From the NCBI GenBank assembly GCA_963831935.1, contig CAWHSH010000002.1, positions 10,307 to 74,306 on the forward strand: 64,000 nt of DNA. Reading direction: 5' to 3'. Position 1 is the first letter of the stretch. Every line of letters starts with the position of its first letter. This document shows, piece by piece, positions 1 to 10,104 of the stretch. The notes beneath the pieces are model-generated. The model had not been told where the DNA came from, did no database searches, and saw nothing but the letters and a program-made list of their open reading frames with translations. Origin of the DNA: an uncultured Bacteroidales bacterium. GTDB lineage: Bacteria; Bacteroidota; Bacteroidia; Bacteroidales; VadinHA17. Position numbers and translations under genes: made by a program.

Positions 1-2
1 AA

Positions 3-44
3 ATAGCCAATGTGGAGATAGATATTGAAATTGACGCGACATAA
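3..44 (+). CDS. 3' tail of upstream gene, probably glutamate synthase large subunit (partial)
   Basis: Frame ...IANVEIDIEIDAT* ends 30 nt before gltD; identity inferred only from the usual gltB-gltD order. Confidence 0.35.
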   Translation: MANVEIDIEIDAT

Positions 45-73
45 TTGGTTTTTAAAACATTGAGGGATTAGAG

Positions 74-1492
74 ATGGGTGATATAACAGGGTTTTTAAAG
101 GTTAAAAGGAAAGAGGCCGGCAACCGGCCGATAAATGAAAGGATCTGCGATCACAGCGAAGTGGAGCAGGTCCTGAACAGTGAGGACAGAATGCTTCAGG
201 CATCCCGATGTATGGATTGCGGTATACCTTATTGTCACTGGAGCTGTCCTGTTGATAACCTTATCCCGGAATGGAACGATCTTCTTTTTAAAGGTGATTG
301 GAAAGCAGCATATGAGAGGCTGATCGCAACCAATAATTTTCCTGAGTTTACCGGCAGGATTTGTCCCGCTTCCTGTGAACATGCCTGTGTTCTGAATATA
401 GGGCAGGAGCCTGTGACCATCAGGGAAAATGAGGTGGCGATTGTGGAAAAGGCCTTCTCGGAAGGATATATAAAACCTGCTGTTCCGGTGAGGAGAACAG
501 GCAAAACCGTTGCGGTAATAGGAAGCGGTCCCGCCGGACTTGCTGCAGCCGATCTGTTAAATAAAGCCGGTCATACTGTCACACTTTTCGAAAAAGATGA
601 AAAACCAGGCGGACTGCTGAGGATCGGTATCCCCGATTTTAAGCTCAGTAAGGCAGTCATCGACAGGCGTGTTAACCTCCTGGTGAAAGAGGGTCTGATA
701 ATTAAAACCAATTTTCAGGTTGGAAGGGATATCACTGCAAAAGAGGTTGTCAGTCAGTTTGATGCAGTATGTATTTCAATTGGAGCGGGTCACCCCCGGG
801 ATCTTGAAATTGAAGGAAGGCAGCTAAACGGAATATACTTTGCAATGGAATTCCTGAGCAATCAAAACAGGATCAATTCCGGTCAGCTTCATTCATCAGA
901 GAACAGGATAAGTGCTGAAAACAAGAAAGTTCTCGTAATCGGAGGCGGCGATACAGGATCGGACTGCGTGGGGACAGCAATCCGACAGAAACCGGCAAGT
1001 GTTACCCAGATCGAGATCATGCCAAAACCGCCCCTGGCAAGAACTCCCGATAATCCCTGGCCATATTACGGGAAGATCCTGAAGACATCAACCTCTCATG
1101 AAGAGGGTTGTGAAAGGATGTGGAGCCTTTCAACATTAAAGTTCATTGGCGAAGACAATAATGTCAGAGGGGTTGAAGTTGAAGATGTTGAATGGGAATC
1201 GGGTAACGGCAGATACTCCATGAAACCGGTTCCAGGTACACACAGGATGATAGAAACTGACTTTGTCCTTCTTGCTCTGGGATTTGTCCATCCTGTTCTG
1301 GAAGGTTTGTTGTCAGAACTTGACACGGAACTTGATAGCAGAAAGAATATAAAAGTTGACGGAACTCAGATGACAAGCATTCAAAAGGTTTTTGCTGCCG
1401 GAGATTCCATCAGTGGCGCGAGCCTGGTTGTGAATGCAATTGCATCTGGAAGAAAGGCAGCAAAAGAGATAAATAAATTTTTAAGAAGTTAA
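74..1492 (+). CDS. gltD: Glutamate synthase small (beta) subunit
   Basis: RCMDCGIPYC and GRICPASCE Fe-S motifs, GSGPAG and GGGDTG nucleotide-binding motifs, intact 472 aa. Confidence 0.95.
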   Translation: MGDITGFLKVKRKEAGNRPINERICDHSEVEQVLNSEDRMLQASRCMDCGIPYCHWSCPVDNLIPEWNDLLFKGDWKAAYERLIATNNFPEFTGRICPASCEHACVLNIGQEPVTIRENEVAIVEKAFSEGYIKPAVPVRRTGKTVAVIGSGPAGLAAADLLNKAGHTVTLFEKDEKPGGLLRIGIPDFKLSKAVIDRRVNLLVKEGLIIKTNFQVGRDITAKEVVSQFDAVCISIGAGHPRDLEIEGRQLNGIYFAMEFLSNQNRINSGQLHSSENRISAENKKVLVIGGGDTGSDCVGTAIRQKPASVTQIEIMPKPPLARTPDNPWPYYGKILKTSTSHEEGCERMWSLSTLKFIGEDNNVRGVEVEDVEWESGNGRYSMKPVPGTHRMIETDFVLLALGFVHPVLEGLLSELDTELDSRKNIKVDGTQMTSIQKVFAAGDSISGASLVVNAIASGRKAAKEINKFLRS

Positions 1493-1509
1493 ACTTATTA
1501 AAAAGTATT

Positions 1510-1579
1510 TCCCGCAGATCGCGCAGATTATCGCAGAACTCTCATTTTTAATCTGCGAATATCTGCGGAATCTGCGGGA
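1510..1579. repeat. Imperfect inverted repeat built of 9-nt-period CGCAGAT units
   Basis: Left arm tcccgcagatcgcgcagattatcgcaga versus reverse complement of right arm tcccgcagattccgcagatattcgcaga (24/28 identical); lies between convergent genes. Confidence 0.85.
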
Positions 1580-1585
1580 TAATTT

Positions 1586-3456
1586 TTATTTATCTGCCAA
1601 TTCTCTCATACCCTTTACAGTATCGATAAGCCTTATAAACTCAGAACGATAGCCCTCTTCATCCTCGCCCCTTGCCGATCTGGCGAGCTTTTCAGCCTGA
1701 TCAAGAGTCGATCCTCCCCTGAATTCAGAGTTTCTCAGGATCATCCCGAATTCTGATACAGCAGCTGCAAACCTCAGGTTATCAGATGCATCTTCCATAT
1801 CGTTAATGTAATCCTTTACCGGTTTCTCAAAGAGCATACTTGTAACTCCGTCAGGTTTCTTGTAACGTATTTTTATTGTCAGGTACTCATCCTGATAGCT
1901 GTTTTCAGTTATCGGTGAGTTTCTTTTTGATCCCTGATACTTAAGAGGGTCAACCGAAGGAATTCTTTCATCCGTACCTGCGGGGACAATTTCATAAAGT
2001 GCAGTCACATTATGTCCTGATCCCATTTCGCCTGCATCCTTACGGTCATCATTAAAATCCTCATCATTAAGCAGCCTGTTCTCATATCCGATAAGCCTGT
2101 AGGACTGAACTTTTGACGGGTTGAATTCGATCTGGAACTTGACGTCCTTTGCAATGGTGAAAAGAGTGCCTCCGAATTCCCTTACCAGTACCCTCCCGGC
2201 CTCCTGAAGATTATCGATATAAGAGTAATTCCCGTTGCCCTTGTCAGCGATTATTTCCATTTTATCATCCTTGATATTTCCCATGCCGAAACCAAGTACT
2301 GTCATGAAAATTCCCCGGTCACGGTTTTCCTCTACCAGCCTTTCAATTCCTCCGTTGCTCGATTCACCAACATTAAAGTCACCGTCTGTAGCAAGGATGA
2401 TTCTGTTATTCCCTCCCTTAACAAAATTCTCTGAAGCCTCGGAATATGCCAGCCTTAAACCTGCACCACCAGCTGTTGAACCACCTGCCTCAAGATTATT
2501 AATTGCGTTCATTATTACCCCTTTTTTATTTCCGGGTGTGGATTCAAGCACCATCCCTGCAGCTCCTGCATATACTGCAATTGCCACATGATCTTCCGGT
2601 CTCAGTTCATTAACCAGAAGGCCAAATGCTGATTTCAGAAGCGGTAGCTTGTTAGGGACATTCATAGATCCCGACACATCGATCAGGAAGACCAGGTTTG
2701 AAGGCGGAAGCGATGATTTGTCAATCTTTTTCCCTTTCAGCCCAACCAGCAATAACTGATGTTTGTTATTCCAGGGACAGGTTGCAATCTCAGAGTAAAC
2801 CGAGAATGGATGTTCTCCCCTGGGTTCAGGATAGTCATACTTAAAATAATTTATCATTTCTTCAATCCTTACAGCATCAGGAGGTGGCATGACACCGCTG
2901 TTTATGAATCTGCGGATATTTGAATATGATGCGTTATCGACATCAATCGAAAAAGTCGATAATGGATTGTTCTTCACATTCTTAAAGCCGTTCTCATTCA
3001 CTGCCGGCATATCCCTCGGTGTTGAAATTGTTATTATACCTCTGAAATGAGTGCCTGGAGTCATATGCAGCATATGAGGGTGCAGCCTTTGCATATGATC
3101 TGGAGGCCATTTCCCTTTTTCGATCCGTATCCCGTTACCACCATTTCGTCAAGTGCAACTGCTTCTTCTTTCATGGTGACATTAATTACTGTCCGCTCTC
3201 CGATCTTTTCATTTATAGTGGAGTATCCCACCATAGAAAAGACCAGAACTTTATCTTCAGTGCCAATGGTGATTTTATAGTACCCGTTTGAGTCGGTTAT
3301 TGTCGACCTGTTGCTGCTTTTTACCAGAACGTTTACACCTGCCAGCGGATTACCTGAGCTGTCAAGTACCTTCCCGGTAATTGTTCTTGTCTGGGTGAAA
3401 GCAATCATAATTGCTCCCAGAACAATAATTGCCAAGACTGTTAATTTGGTTTTCAT
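1586..3456 (-). CDS. Secreted vWA-domain protein (YfbK-like) with N-terminal carboxypeptidase-regulatory-like (SusC NTE-type) domain; frameshifted near 3060-3110
   Basis: ORFs 3061..3456 (signal peptide, ITGKVLD..PLAGVNV..LDEMVVTGYG) and 1586..3094 (STFSIDVDNASY, MIDAS DVSGS/GGST/ATDG, YRLIGYENR). Confidence 0.85.
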
Positions 3457-3490
3457 GATATGTGATTTTTAGTTTAATTGTTTCTCACAG

Positions 3491-3513
3491 GATGCAGCGA
3501 AATGGAGAATTCC
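3491..3513 (-). promoter_or_regulatory. Candidate ECF-type promoter for the vWA gene (GGAAT...GCATC)
   Basis: Minus strand reads ggaattctccatttcgctgcatc about 35 nt upstream of the ATG, opposite an ECF sigma gene; inference from the GGAA -35 motif. Confidence 0.35.
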
Positions 3514-3577
3514 ATAAAGAAGTCAGAAATATTTTCAATTGTCTTATCTTTAAAGTTTAATAAGAATTTCTCAAAAC

Positions 3578-3707
3578 TTACACGGAGAGCGCTGAGAAGT
3601 CACAGAGGGTCACAGAGATAATTGCCCCCAACCCCCTAAAGGGGGCTTAAATAGAGGTAATGTTTACACCCCCTTCAGGGGGACGGGGGGTGAAACTCTC
3701 TGTGCAA
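3578..3707. repeat. Composite palindromic element: CACAGAG-type arms enclosing a CCCCCT(A/G)AAGGGGG doublet
   Basis: ttacacggag..cacagag..cacagag, then cccccTAAAggggg (3632-3645) and cccccTTCAggggg (3669-3682), then ctctctgtgcaa. Confidence 0.85.
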
Positions 3708-3736
3708 TAAGTACTTCATAATACTATTAAATCCGA

Positions 3737-4339
3737 ATGTTGTTCAGAATATCAGGTAAAAAATCCCGGAACAAAACAGACGATGAACTTCTGATTGAAT
3801 TCCGGTCTGGAGGTGATCCTGAAATCCTCGGGGAGCTATACTCCAGATATATGCACCTGGTGTACGGCGTTTGCCTCAAGTATCTGAAGGACAGGGAAGA
3901 ATCGAAGGATGCGGTAATGCAGATATTTGAAAAACTGATTATTGAAATTCCAAAGCACAAAATAGAAAATTTCAGAAGCTGGTTGCATGTTGTAGCAAAG
4001 AACTATTGCCTTATGCAGTTGCGCTCTGGCAGATCTGAGAGTGAAAAGCTGACTGAATGGATAAATGATCCGGTTATTTTTATGGAATCTGCCTCTGATT
4101 TGCATCCATTGGATAAGGATGAAGATTCAGGGATTATTGAAAAAGCTCTGGAAGATTGTATCGAAAGATTGAATGAGGAGCAGAAGAAATGCATCAGGCA
4201 GTTTTATTTTGAGAACAGATGCTATAATGAGATAGCGGCAGATAATGGCCTGGACATTAATAAAGTGAAGAGTTATCTTCAGAACGGGAAAAGAAATCTG
4301 AAACTTTGTCTTGAAGAGAAAAATGTCAGAAAAAGATAA
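3737..4339 (+). CDS. ECF sigma-70 factor
   Basis: Region 2 (LYSRY..VYGVCLKYL..SKDAVMQIF..FRSWLHVVAKNYC) and region 4 (CIRQFYFENRCYNEIA..VKSYLQNGKRNL). Confidence 0.92.
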   Translation: MLFRISGKKSRNKTDDELLIEFRSGGDPEILGELYSRYMHLVYGVCLKYLKDREESKDAVMQIFEKLIIEIPKHKIENFRSWLHVVAKNYCLMQLRSGRSESEKLTEWINDPVIFMESASDLHPLDKDEDSGIIEKALEDCIERLNEEQKKCIRQFYFENRCYNEIAADNGLDINKVKSYLQNGKRNLKLCLEEKNVRKR

Positions 4340-5550
4340 AAATAGTAATGATCAGCTCTCTGATTTCCTCCGTTACCGGGGGAATAAAATGACAGATAAG
4401 GAGAGAAATGACTTCGAAAGGAGACTTCAGAAGGATACCTTTGCCGGAGAGGCAGCAGAAGGTTTTGAGGAGATCAGGCCGGACCTTGCAGAAAGCGATT
4501 TAACAGAACTCCAAAAACAGTTAAAGAAAAGGACTTCCAGGAAACAAAGGCTTCTATGGTACAGGATTGCTGCATCTGTTGCGATTCTGATGATTATATC
4601 CTCCATTTTTATAGTAATTGAAAAAAGAAAGCCTTCTGATCAATTAGCTTATTCTCCGGCATCTTCTCCTTCAAAGGAAATTCCGGTCGCCCGTGAAGAG
4701 GAAAAATCGCCCTTGCCTGTTGTACAAAGTGAACCGGTTGCAGCAGTTCCGGAAAAAACTAAAAAATCGCTTATTGAAACGCAAAAAGCTGAAATCAGGG
4801 AGGAGAAAAAGGAAGATATAAAGGAGGAAGCCATTTCTGCCGATGAGCAGGCGGCAGTGAAGGCAGCTAAAGCGGAACAACCGGATGCAGCAATGGCAAA
4901 AGAAAGGTCGCTGGCATTAAAACCTGACCTTGTGAAAAGAACCCGGGGTAAGTTCTTCCCTGATAAAGGGCAGGATCATTTCGTCCGAAGACAATAAACC
5001 AATTCCGGGCGCCAGTGTGACCATAAAGGGGACGGGCAAAACCACTGTTACCGATTCAGGTGGCAACTTCACTCTGGGAGCCGAAGAAGCCAGGAACAAA
5101 TTACTTGTTGCCGGCTTCGTGGGAATGGAATCAAAGGAGTTCAAAGCAGTGGAAGATACGAGTCTTGAAATAAAGCTTCAACCTTCAGTATCAGCTCTTG
5201 ACGAGATAGTTGTTGTCGGCTATGGTGCAAAGGCAGCTGAGAAGGAAGGTGATGTGGGCGGATACACTCCCCCCCTGCCTGTGCACGGCAGAGCCGATTT
5301 TGACAATTATATTCACGACAACCTCAGAAGACCGGATACAGCCACATCAGGACAACGTGTGGTAGTTGTACTGAATTTTACCGTTGATACAAATGGTAAA
5401 ATCGACAGCCTTAAAGTCATAAGAAGTCCGGGGAAGATCTTTTCCGACGAGGCAATCCGGCTTATCAGAGAAGGGCCTGAATGGAAACCTGCAGAACAGA
5501 ACGGGAAGGCAATCAGCGATGAGGTCAGGATCAGAATCGTGTTTAAATAA
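4323..5550 (+). CDS. Putative anti-sigma factor: cytoplasmic N-terminus, one TM helix, linker, carboxypeptidase-regulatory-like domain and TonB C-terminal domain; frameshift near 4938
   Basis: Overlaps sigma stop; TM WYRIAASVAILMIISSIFIVI; removing one A at gtgaaaagaa joins it to IKGRIISSEDNKPIPGASVTIKG..LDEIVVVGYG..FTVDTNGKI..WKPAEQNGK. Confidence 0.8.
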
Positions 5551-5564
5551 TCCAGATTTAAAGC

Positions 5565-5708
5565 AGTTACACAGAGGGTCACAGAGGATTCGCTGAGGTC
5601 CACCGAGGATTTCACCCACGTCCGCTGAAGAGCGCTTAATTGTAAGTAGTGTTTAGCCCCCCTTCAGGGGGGTTGGGGGGTTGAATTCTCGTGTAACTCT
5701 TTGTAACT
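5565..5708. repeat. Second copy of the composite CACAGAG / CCCCCT-AA-GGGGG element (left palindrome degenerate)
   Basis: agttacacagag..cacagag..caccgag, degenerate ccgctgaagagcg, agccccccttcaggggggttgggggg, closing ctctttgtaact. Confidence 0.8.
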
Positions 5709-5821
5709 TAAATCTATGTAATTTTTTCACAAATTTTATTTGCCGGTATTCTTTTATCAGTTATTAAAAGTAGTTACATTTATTCGTCTTGATTTTCAAA
5801 TTTCATCCTTAAACTGATGGT

Positions 5822-7813
5822 ATGTTGAGAAGGATTTTATATCTGATTCTGCTTTTTGCCTTTATGGCAAATCCCGTTTTACTCTGCCAGAAAGTCGATA
5901 CAACATCATTCAGGATGAATCCCAGGCTGAATTTTTATTCCTTCGAAAAAGAAGGTGAAATGATTTTGCATCTCCCCTCTTCACAATCGGGAAGGCAACT
6001 TTCTGTAACCTTGAAGATAAAAGACAAAGAAATCGCAACCTGGAAAGCCTTGAAAGGCAACAAAATGATACGCCTTCCTTTCGCCATTAACATGGATCCC
6101 GGTCAATATCTTGTTACTGCTGAAATTACCTCGGCAAACGGATCGAAATACAAAGCTTCAACCGCTATGGTAATGCTCAATCACAAAGCCAACGAGGTCA
6201 AAACCGATCAGCTTACCGGAGGATTGATTGTCAGCAAAAGGATTTTCTTCCCATTTGGATTTTATTGTTATTCACCTGTTTATCCTACTCTCCCCGAGGA
6301 GGAAGTGGTTAAAGGTTTCAATATGATCTCTCCTTATCAGAAGATACTTCCGGGGACTTTGAGTGAAAGAAAATTGTATATGGACAGGTGTGCCCAGCTT
6401 GGCATGAAAGTAAATTATAATCTTCTTTCCGTTTCGGGCGGAGGCGGCCTGGGTTCAAAGCCGGAAAACATTACCGAAGAGCAGAAGATGGAGCTGCTCA
6501 TATCTGAGATAAAGGCCTTTATGGATCATCCTGCTCTTCTTGCATGGTACATCTCGGATGAACCGAATGGTAATAAAATGCCTCCAGGACAACTGCAGAC
6601 AATTTACAGAACTGTAAAAGCAATTGATCCATGGCATCCGGTATCGGTGGTCTTTATGGCTCCCTTCCTGTCTTCGAAGAAGTATGAAGATGCACTCGAT
6701 ATTGTAATGGCCGATCCTTATCCTGTACCAAACATCCCGATTTCGCAGGTCGGAGTAATCACAGACCAGCTAAGATCGGCGTTCAACGGGAAAAAACCGG
6801 TTTGGATAGTGCCCCAGGCTTTCGGCGGAAGTGAATGGTGGAGCCGTGAACCTTCAATCAATGAGATAAGGTCGATGACATACCAGGCTGTTATCAGCGG
6901 CGCCAGGGGAATCCAGTATTTTATCCGCCATGGTTTAAACTCTTTCCCAAAATCAACTGCAACCTGGAATGAATGCGGGAAAATCGCACTCGAAATAGCC
7001 GAGATATCACCATGGCTCCTGTCGGATGAAGAAACAATACCAGTGAGATCGGGTACAAGGAATGTACTTGTTTCTTCAGCGCTTCATGACGGACAACTAA
7101 TAATAATTGCGGTTAACACTGCCAACTTTCCTCTGAAAGTTTATATTTCCGCAAGTGGTCTTAACCGGGGTACAGCAAAAGTGCTTTTTGAAAACCGGGC
7201 TGTTTCAATATACTCAGGGGCATTTACTGATTATCTGCCGGCTTTCGGATCGCAGGTATATCTGATAAATGCCAAATCCGCCAAAGAACAATTGCCGGCA
7301 TATAAAGGGAACCTTGTTATTGATCCGGGATTTGAGGATATAACAAGTGCGGGAGTACCAGCCTCATGCTATTCATGGAATGAAGGCGACAGAGGCGCCA
7401 CTTACTTTCTTGATTCAAGGGAACATTTCGAAGGAAATCATTCTTTAAGACTTGTCACTCCGCAGGAGAACAAAGGCTGCAGATTAAGATTCTTTCCGGT
7501 AAGCATTGACAAAGGGAGGTCGTATGTCCTGTCAGTCTGGGCTAAGACCAACGATGAAAGCGGAAGTTCAGGAGGAAATTCCAGGGAATCACCCTATTTT
7601 GAATTAGGACTGGGAGAATATGGTGCTGAACGGTTTAAGCCGGAAGGTGACTGGCGTAAATTTGTAACAAATGTTACAATTCCTTCTGATACAATTCCAT
7701 CACCGAGAGCCAATGTCATACTCAGGATGCCCGGTAAAGGGACAGCCTGGTTCGATATGCTGCAGGTCTTTGAAGCAGTTGATATTAACAGAAGCATTAA
7801 TCCGGAATTATAA
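5822..7813 (+). CDS. Secreted putative glycoside hydrolase (TIM-barrel-like) with C-terminal CBM4/9-like domain
   Basis: Signal peptide; WYISDEP, ADPYP and WIVPQAF motifs resembling clan-A-like hydrolases; NLVIDPGFE..YVLSVWAK..AWFD typical of CBM_4_9-like jelly rolls. Confidence 0.55.
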   Translation: MLRRILYLILLFAFMANPVLLCQKVDTTSFRMNPRLNFYSFEKEGEMILHLPSSQSGRQLSVTLKIKDKEIATWKALKGNKMIRLPFAINMDPGQYLVTAEITSANGSKYKASTAMVMLNHKANEVKTDQLTGGLIVSKRIFFPFGFYCYSPVYPTLPEEEVVKGFNMISPYQKILPGTLSERKLYMDRCAQLGMKVNYNLLSVSGGGGLGSKPENITEEQKMELLISEIKAFMDHPALLAWYISDEPNGNKMPPGQLQTIYRTVKAIDPWHPVSVVFMAPFLSSKKYEDALDIVMADPYPVPNIPISQVGVITDQLRSAFNGKKPVWIVPQAFGGSEWWSREPSINEIRSMTYQAVISGARGIQYFIRHGLNSFPKSTATWNECGKIALEIAEISPWLLSDEETIPVRSGTRNVLVSSALHDGQLIIIAVNTANFPLKVYISASGLNRGTAKVLFENRAVSIYSGAFTDYLPAFGSQVYLINAKSAKEQLPAYKGNLVIDPGFEDITSAGVPASCYSWNEGDRGATYFLDSREHFEGNHSLRLVTPQENKGCRLRFFPVSIDKGRSYVLSVWAKTNDESGSSGGNSRESPYFELGLGEYGAERFKPEGDWRKFVTNVTIPSDTIPSPRANVILRMPGKGTAWFDMLQVFEAVDINRSINPEL

Positions 7814-7832
7814 TGAAGGATTCTTAAGAACC

Positions 7833-7923
7833 TTACCCAGAACCCCCTGAAGGGGGCTTAATTTCAGGTGAGATATTTAGCCCCCCTTTAGGGGGGATGG
7901 GGGGTGAATCTCTCAGTGTAACT
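7833..7923. repeat. Third copy of the CCCCCT-AA-GGGGG doublet with a CTCAGTGTAAC right arm
   Basis: aaccccctgaagggggcttaa ... tagcccccctttaggggggatggggggtgaa tctctcagtgtaact. Confidence 0.85.
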
Positions 7924-7949
7924 ATTTAACATCAAATTATAACAACAAT

Positions 7950-10033
7950 ATGAACAAGATTATTTGTACGTTCTTTGCAACTTTCATGCTCCTTTTATCA
8001 GGATGTTCAGATAAAAAAGAAAATGTTAACTATCCGGGGAATCCTGATCCTTTGATTCAGAATGCATACATTAAATTACCTCTTGGATCGATAAAACCTG
8101 AAGGCTGGCTTAAGTCGCAGCTGCTGGCGCAAGCGGAAGGTCTAACCGGCAACATTGATGATTTCTGGCCCGATCTTGTCAATTCTTCATGGAGAGGCGG
8201 CAATGGAGAAGCGTGGGAAAGAGGTCCCTATTACCTTGATGGGCTTGTTCCTCTTGCTTATCTTCTTGATGATGAAAAGCTGATTAAGAAGGTTAAAAAC
8301 TGGATTGAACCTATTCTGGCAAGCAGCAGCGACACAGGCTGGTACGGACCTGCAAAGAACAGGGACAGATGGCCTCTTGCTGTAGCGAACAAAGTACTTG
8401 ATGCAATATTATGAGGCAACGAACGACACAAGGGCTATTGAGGTCCTGAAAAACTATTTCAGGTATTTGCATAAGGCTCCGCCCGACTGGCCTGATAAGG
8501 AATGGCGCGGAGTCAGGGCGATGGAAAATGCAGTGACCGGCTACTGGCTCTACAGGCACACAAAGGAACCCTGGATTCTTGATGTAGTGGAATCAATCAG
8601 GAATAACAGCTTCGACTGGACATCTTATTATGAGAAATTTCCATGGGATTCAGCAGCCTCAGCTGACAAGAAAATACCTCTGAACTGGGGACCGGAAGGT
8701 TTGACTGCACATGTAGTGAATAACGCCATGGCAATCAAATATCCCGGCCTCTGGTATCAGCAATCGGGTGATGACAGATTTAAGAATGCAGTTTTCGACG
8801 GAATAAAAAAGTATGATCTGAATCATGGTCAGGCAGGAGGGCGGTTTTCAGGTGATGAGCATCTCTCTGGTAAAAGTCCTGATCGCGGCACGGAGCTTTG
8901 TTCAGTTGTGGAATATATGTATTCCCTCGAAGAGCTTTATGCAATATTGGGTGACATCAGGCTGGCTGACCGGCTTGAACTTCTTGCATTCAATGCTTTG
9001 CCAGGGACTACAACTCCCGATATGTGGGCACATCAGTATGACCAGCAATCAAATCAGGTTCTTGTAAATGGCGACAAAAGAACCTGGAGCACCAATGGAA
9101 ACTTTTCCAACATATATGGACTTATGCCTAATTTTGCCTGCTGTCTTGCCAATATGCACCAGGGGTGGCCTAAATTCACAGAGAGCCTATGGATGGCAAC
9201 AAATGATAACGGACTTGCTGGCTGTCGCTTACAGTCCATCCACAGTAAAAGCAAAGGTTGGTAAGGGTAAAGAGGTCACCATAAACGAAGAAACAAATTA
9301 CCCTTTCGACGGTAAAATAAAATTCAGGATCATAACTCAAAAGCCGGTGAGATTCATTCTTTACCTGAGGGTACCGGGATGGGCTGAAAATGCAACTATC
9401 AGATATAAGGACAAAACAATCGAAGGAAAGGGCGGCTCCAATGTCAGGCTTTATGCAAGGTGGGATCCGGATGAGGAAATTACGATGGAGATCCCCATGA
9501 AGATCAGAGTTGAGACCAGGTACAATAATTCATTGTCTGTTCTCAGAGGTCCGCTTTATTTTTCACTCAGGATTCAGAAGGAATACAAAAGCATCAGGAT
9601 CAACTACGATAACTTTGCCTATAAAGGCAGCGTCGACTGGGAGATCGATCCATTAAGTCCGTGGAATTATGGCCTGATGATCGATAAAGCCAATCTCATC
9701 AGAGGTATTAAACCGGTTGAAAATGAAGTGGGCAAATATCCGTTTGCTGACCGTGGTGATATGATCTGGTCGCCGGATTCAGCAAAATATATCCCCTGGG
9801 ACAAAGATGCTGCTGTCGTAATAACAACCCGCGGAATGAAAATACCGGGATGGATACTGAAAAACAGTTCAGCCGACATCCCGCCTTTAAGTCCTGTGAT
9901 GCCTGAAGGTGCCACGGAGGTAATTCAGCTTGTACCTTACGGATGCGCAAAACTGAGGATTACAGAATTTCCGGTGATAGATCTGACAAAGGTTATTGAT
10001 ATAATGCGCTATTATCACTCCGCAGCTCCCTGA
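7950..10033 (+). CDS. GH127/GH146-type beta-L-arabinofuranosidase-domain lipoprotein; frameshifts near 8398 and 9218
   Basis: Lipobox LLSGC; WERGPYYLDG, HVVN, ELCSVVE and ACCLANMHQGWPK (Glu plus 3 Cys zinc site), EETNYPF, LVPYGCAKLRITEFP. Confidence 0.85.
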
Positions 10034-10104
10034 AGGGGCTAACTCTGTGAAAGAATCCCCTTTTACCGGAGAGCAGGGGGAAGACACAGAGATCCACGGA
10101 GTTA
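10016..10104. repeat. Degenerate composite element overlapping the GH127 stop codon
   Basis: ctcccTGAaggggct supplies the stop; followed by ctctgtg, a degenerate cccc..ggggg and cacagagatccacggagtta abutting the aminopeptidase stop. Confidence 0.65.

Noticed and set aside
3578-10104. Repeats as a CRISPR array or integron attC cassette array
   Set aside because: No regular repeat-spacer period, no cas or integrase gene, no attC RYYYAAC/GTTRRRY ends, and the intervening genes are ordinary and in mixed orientation
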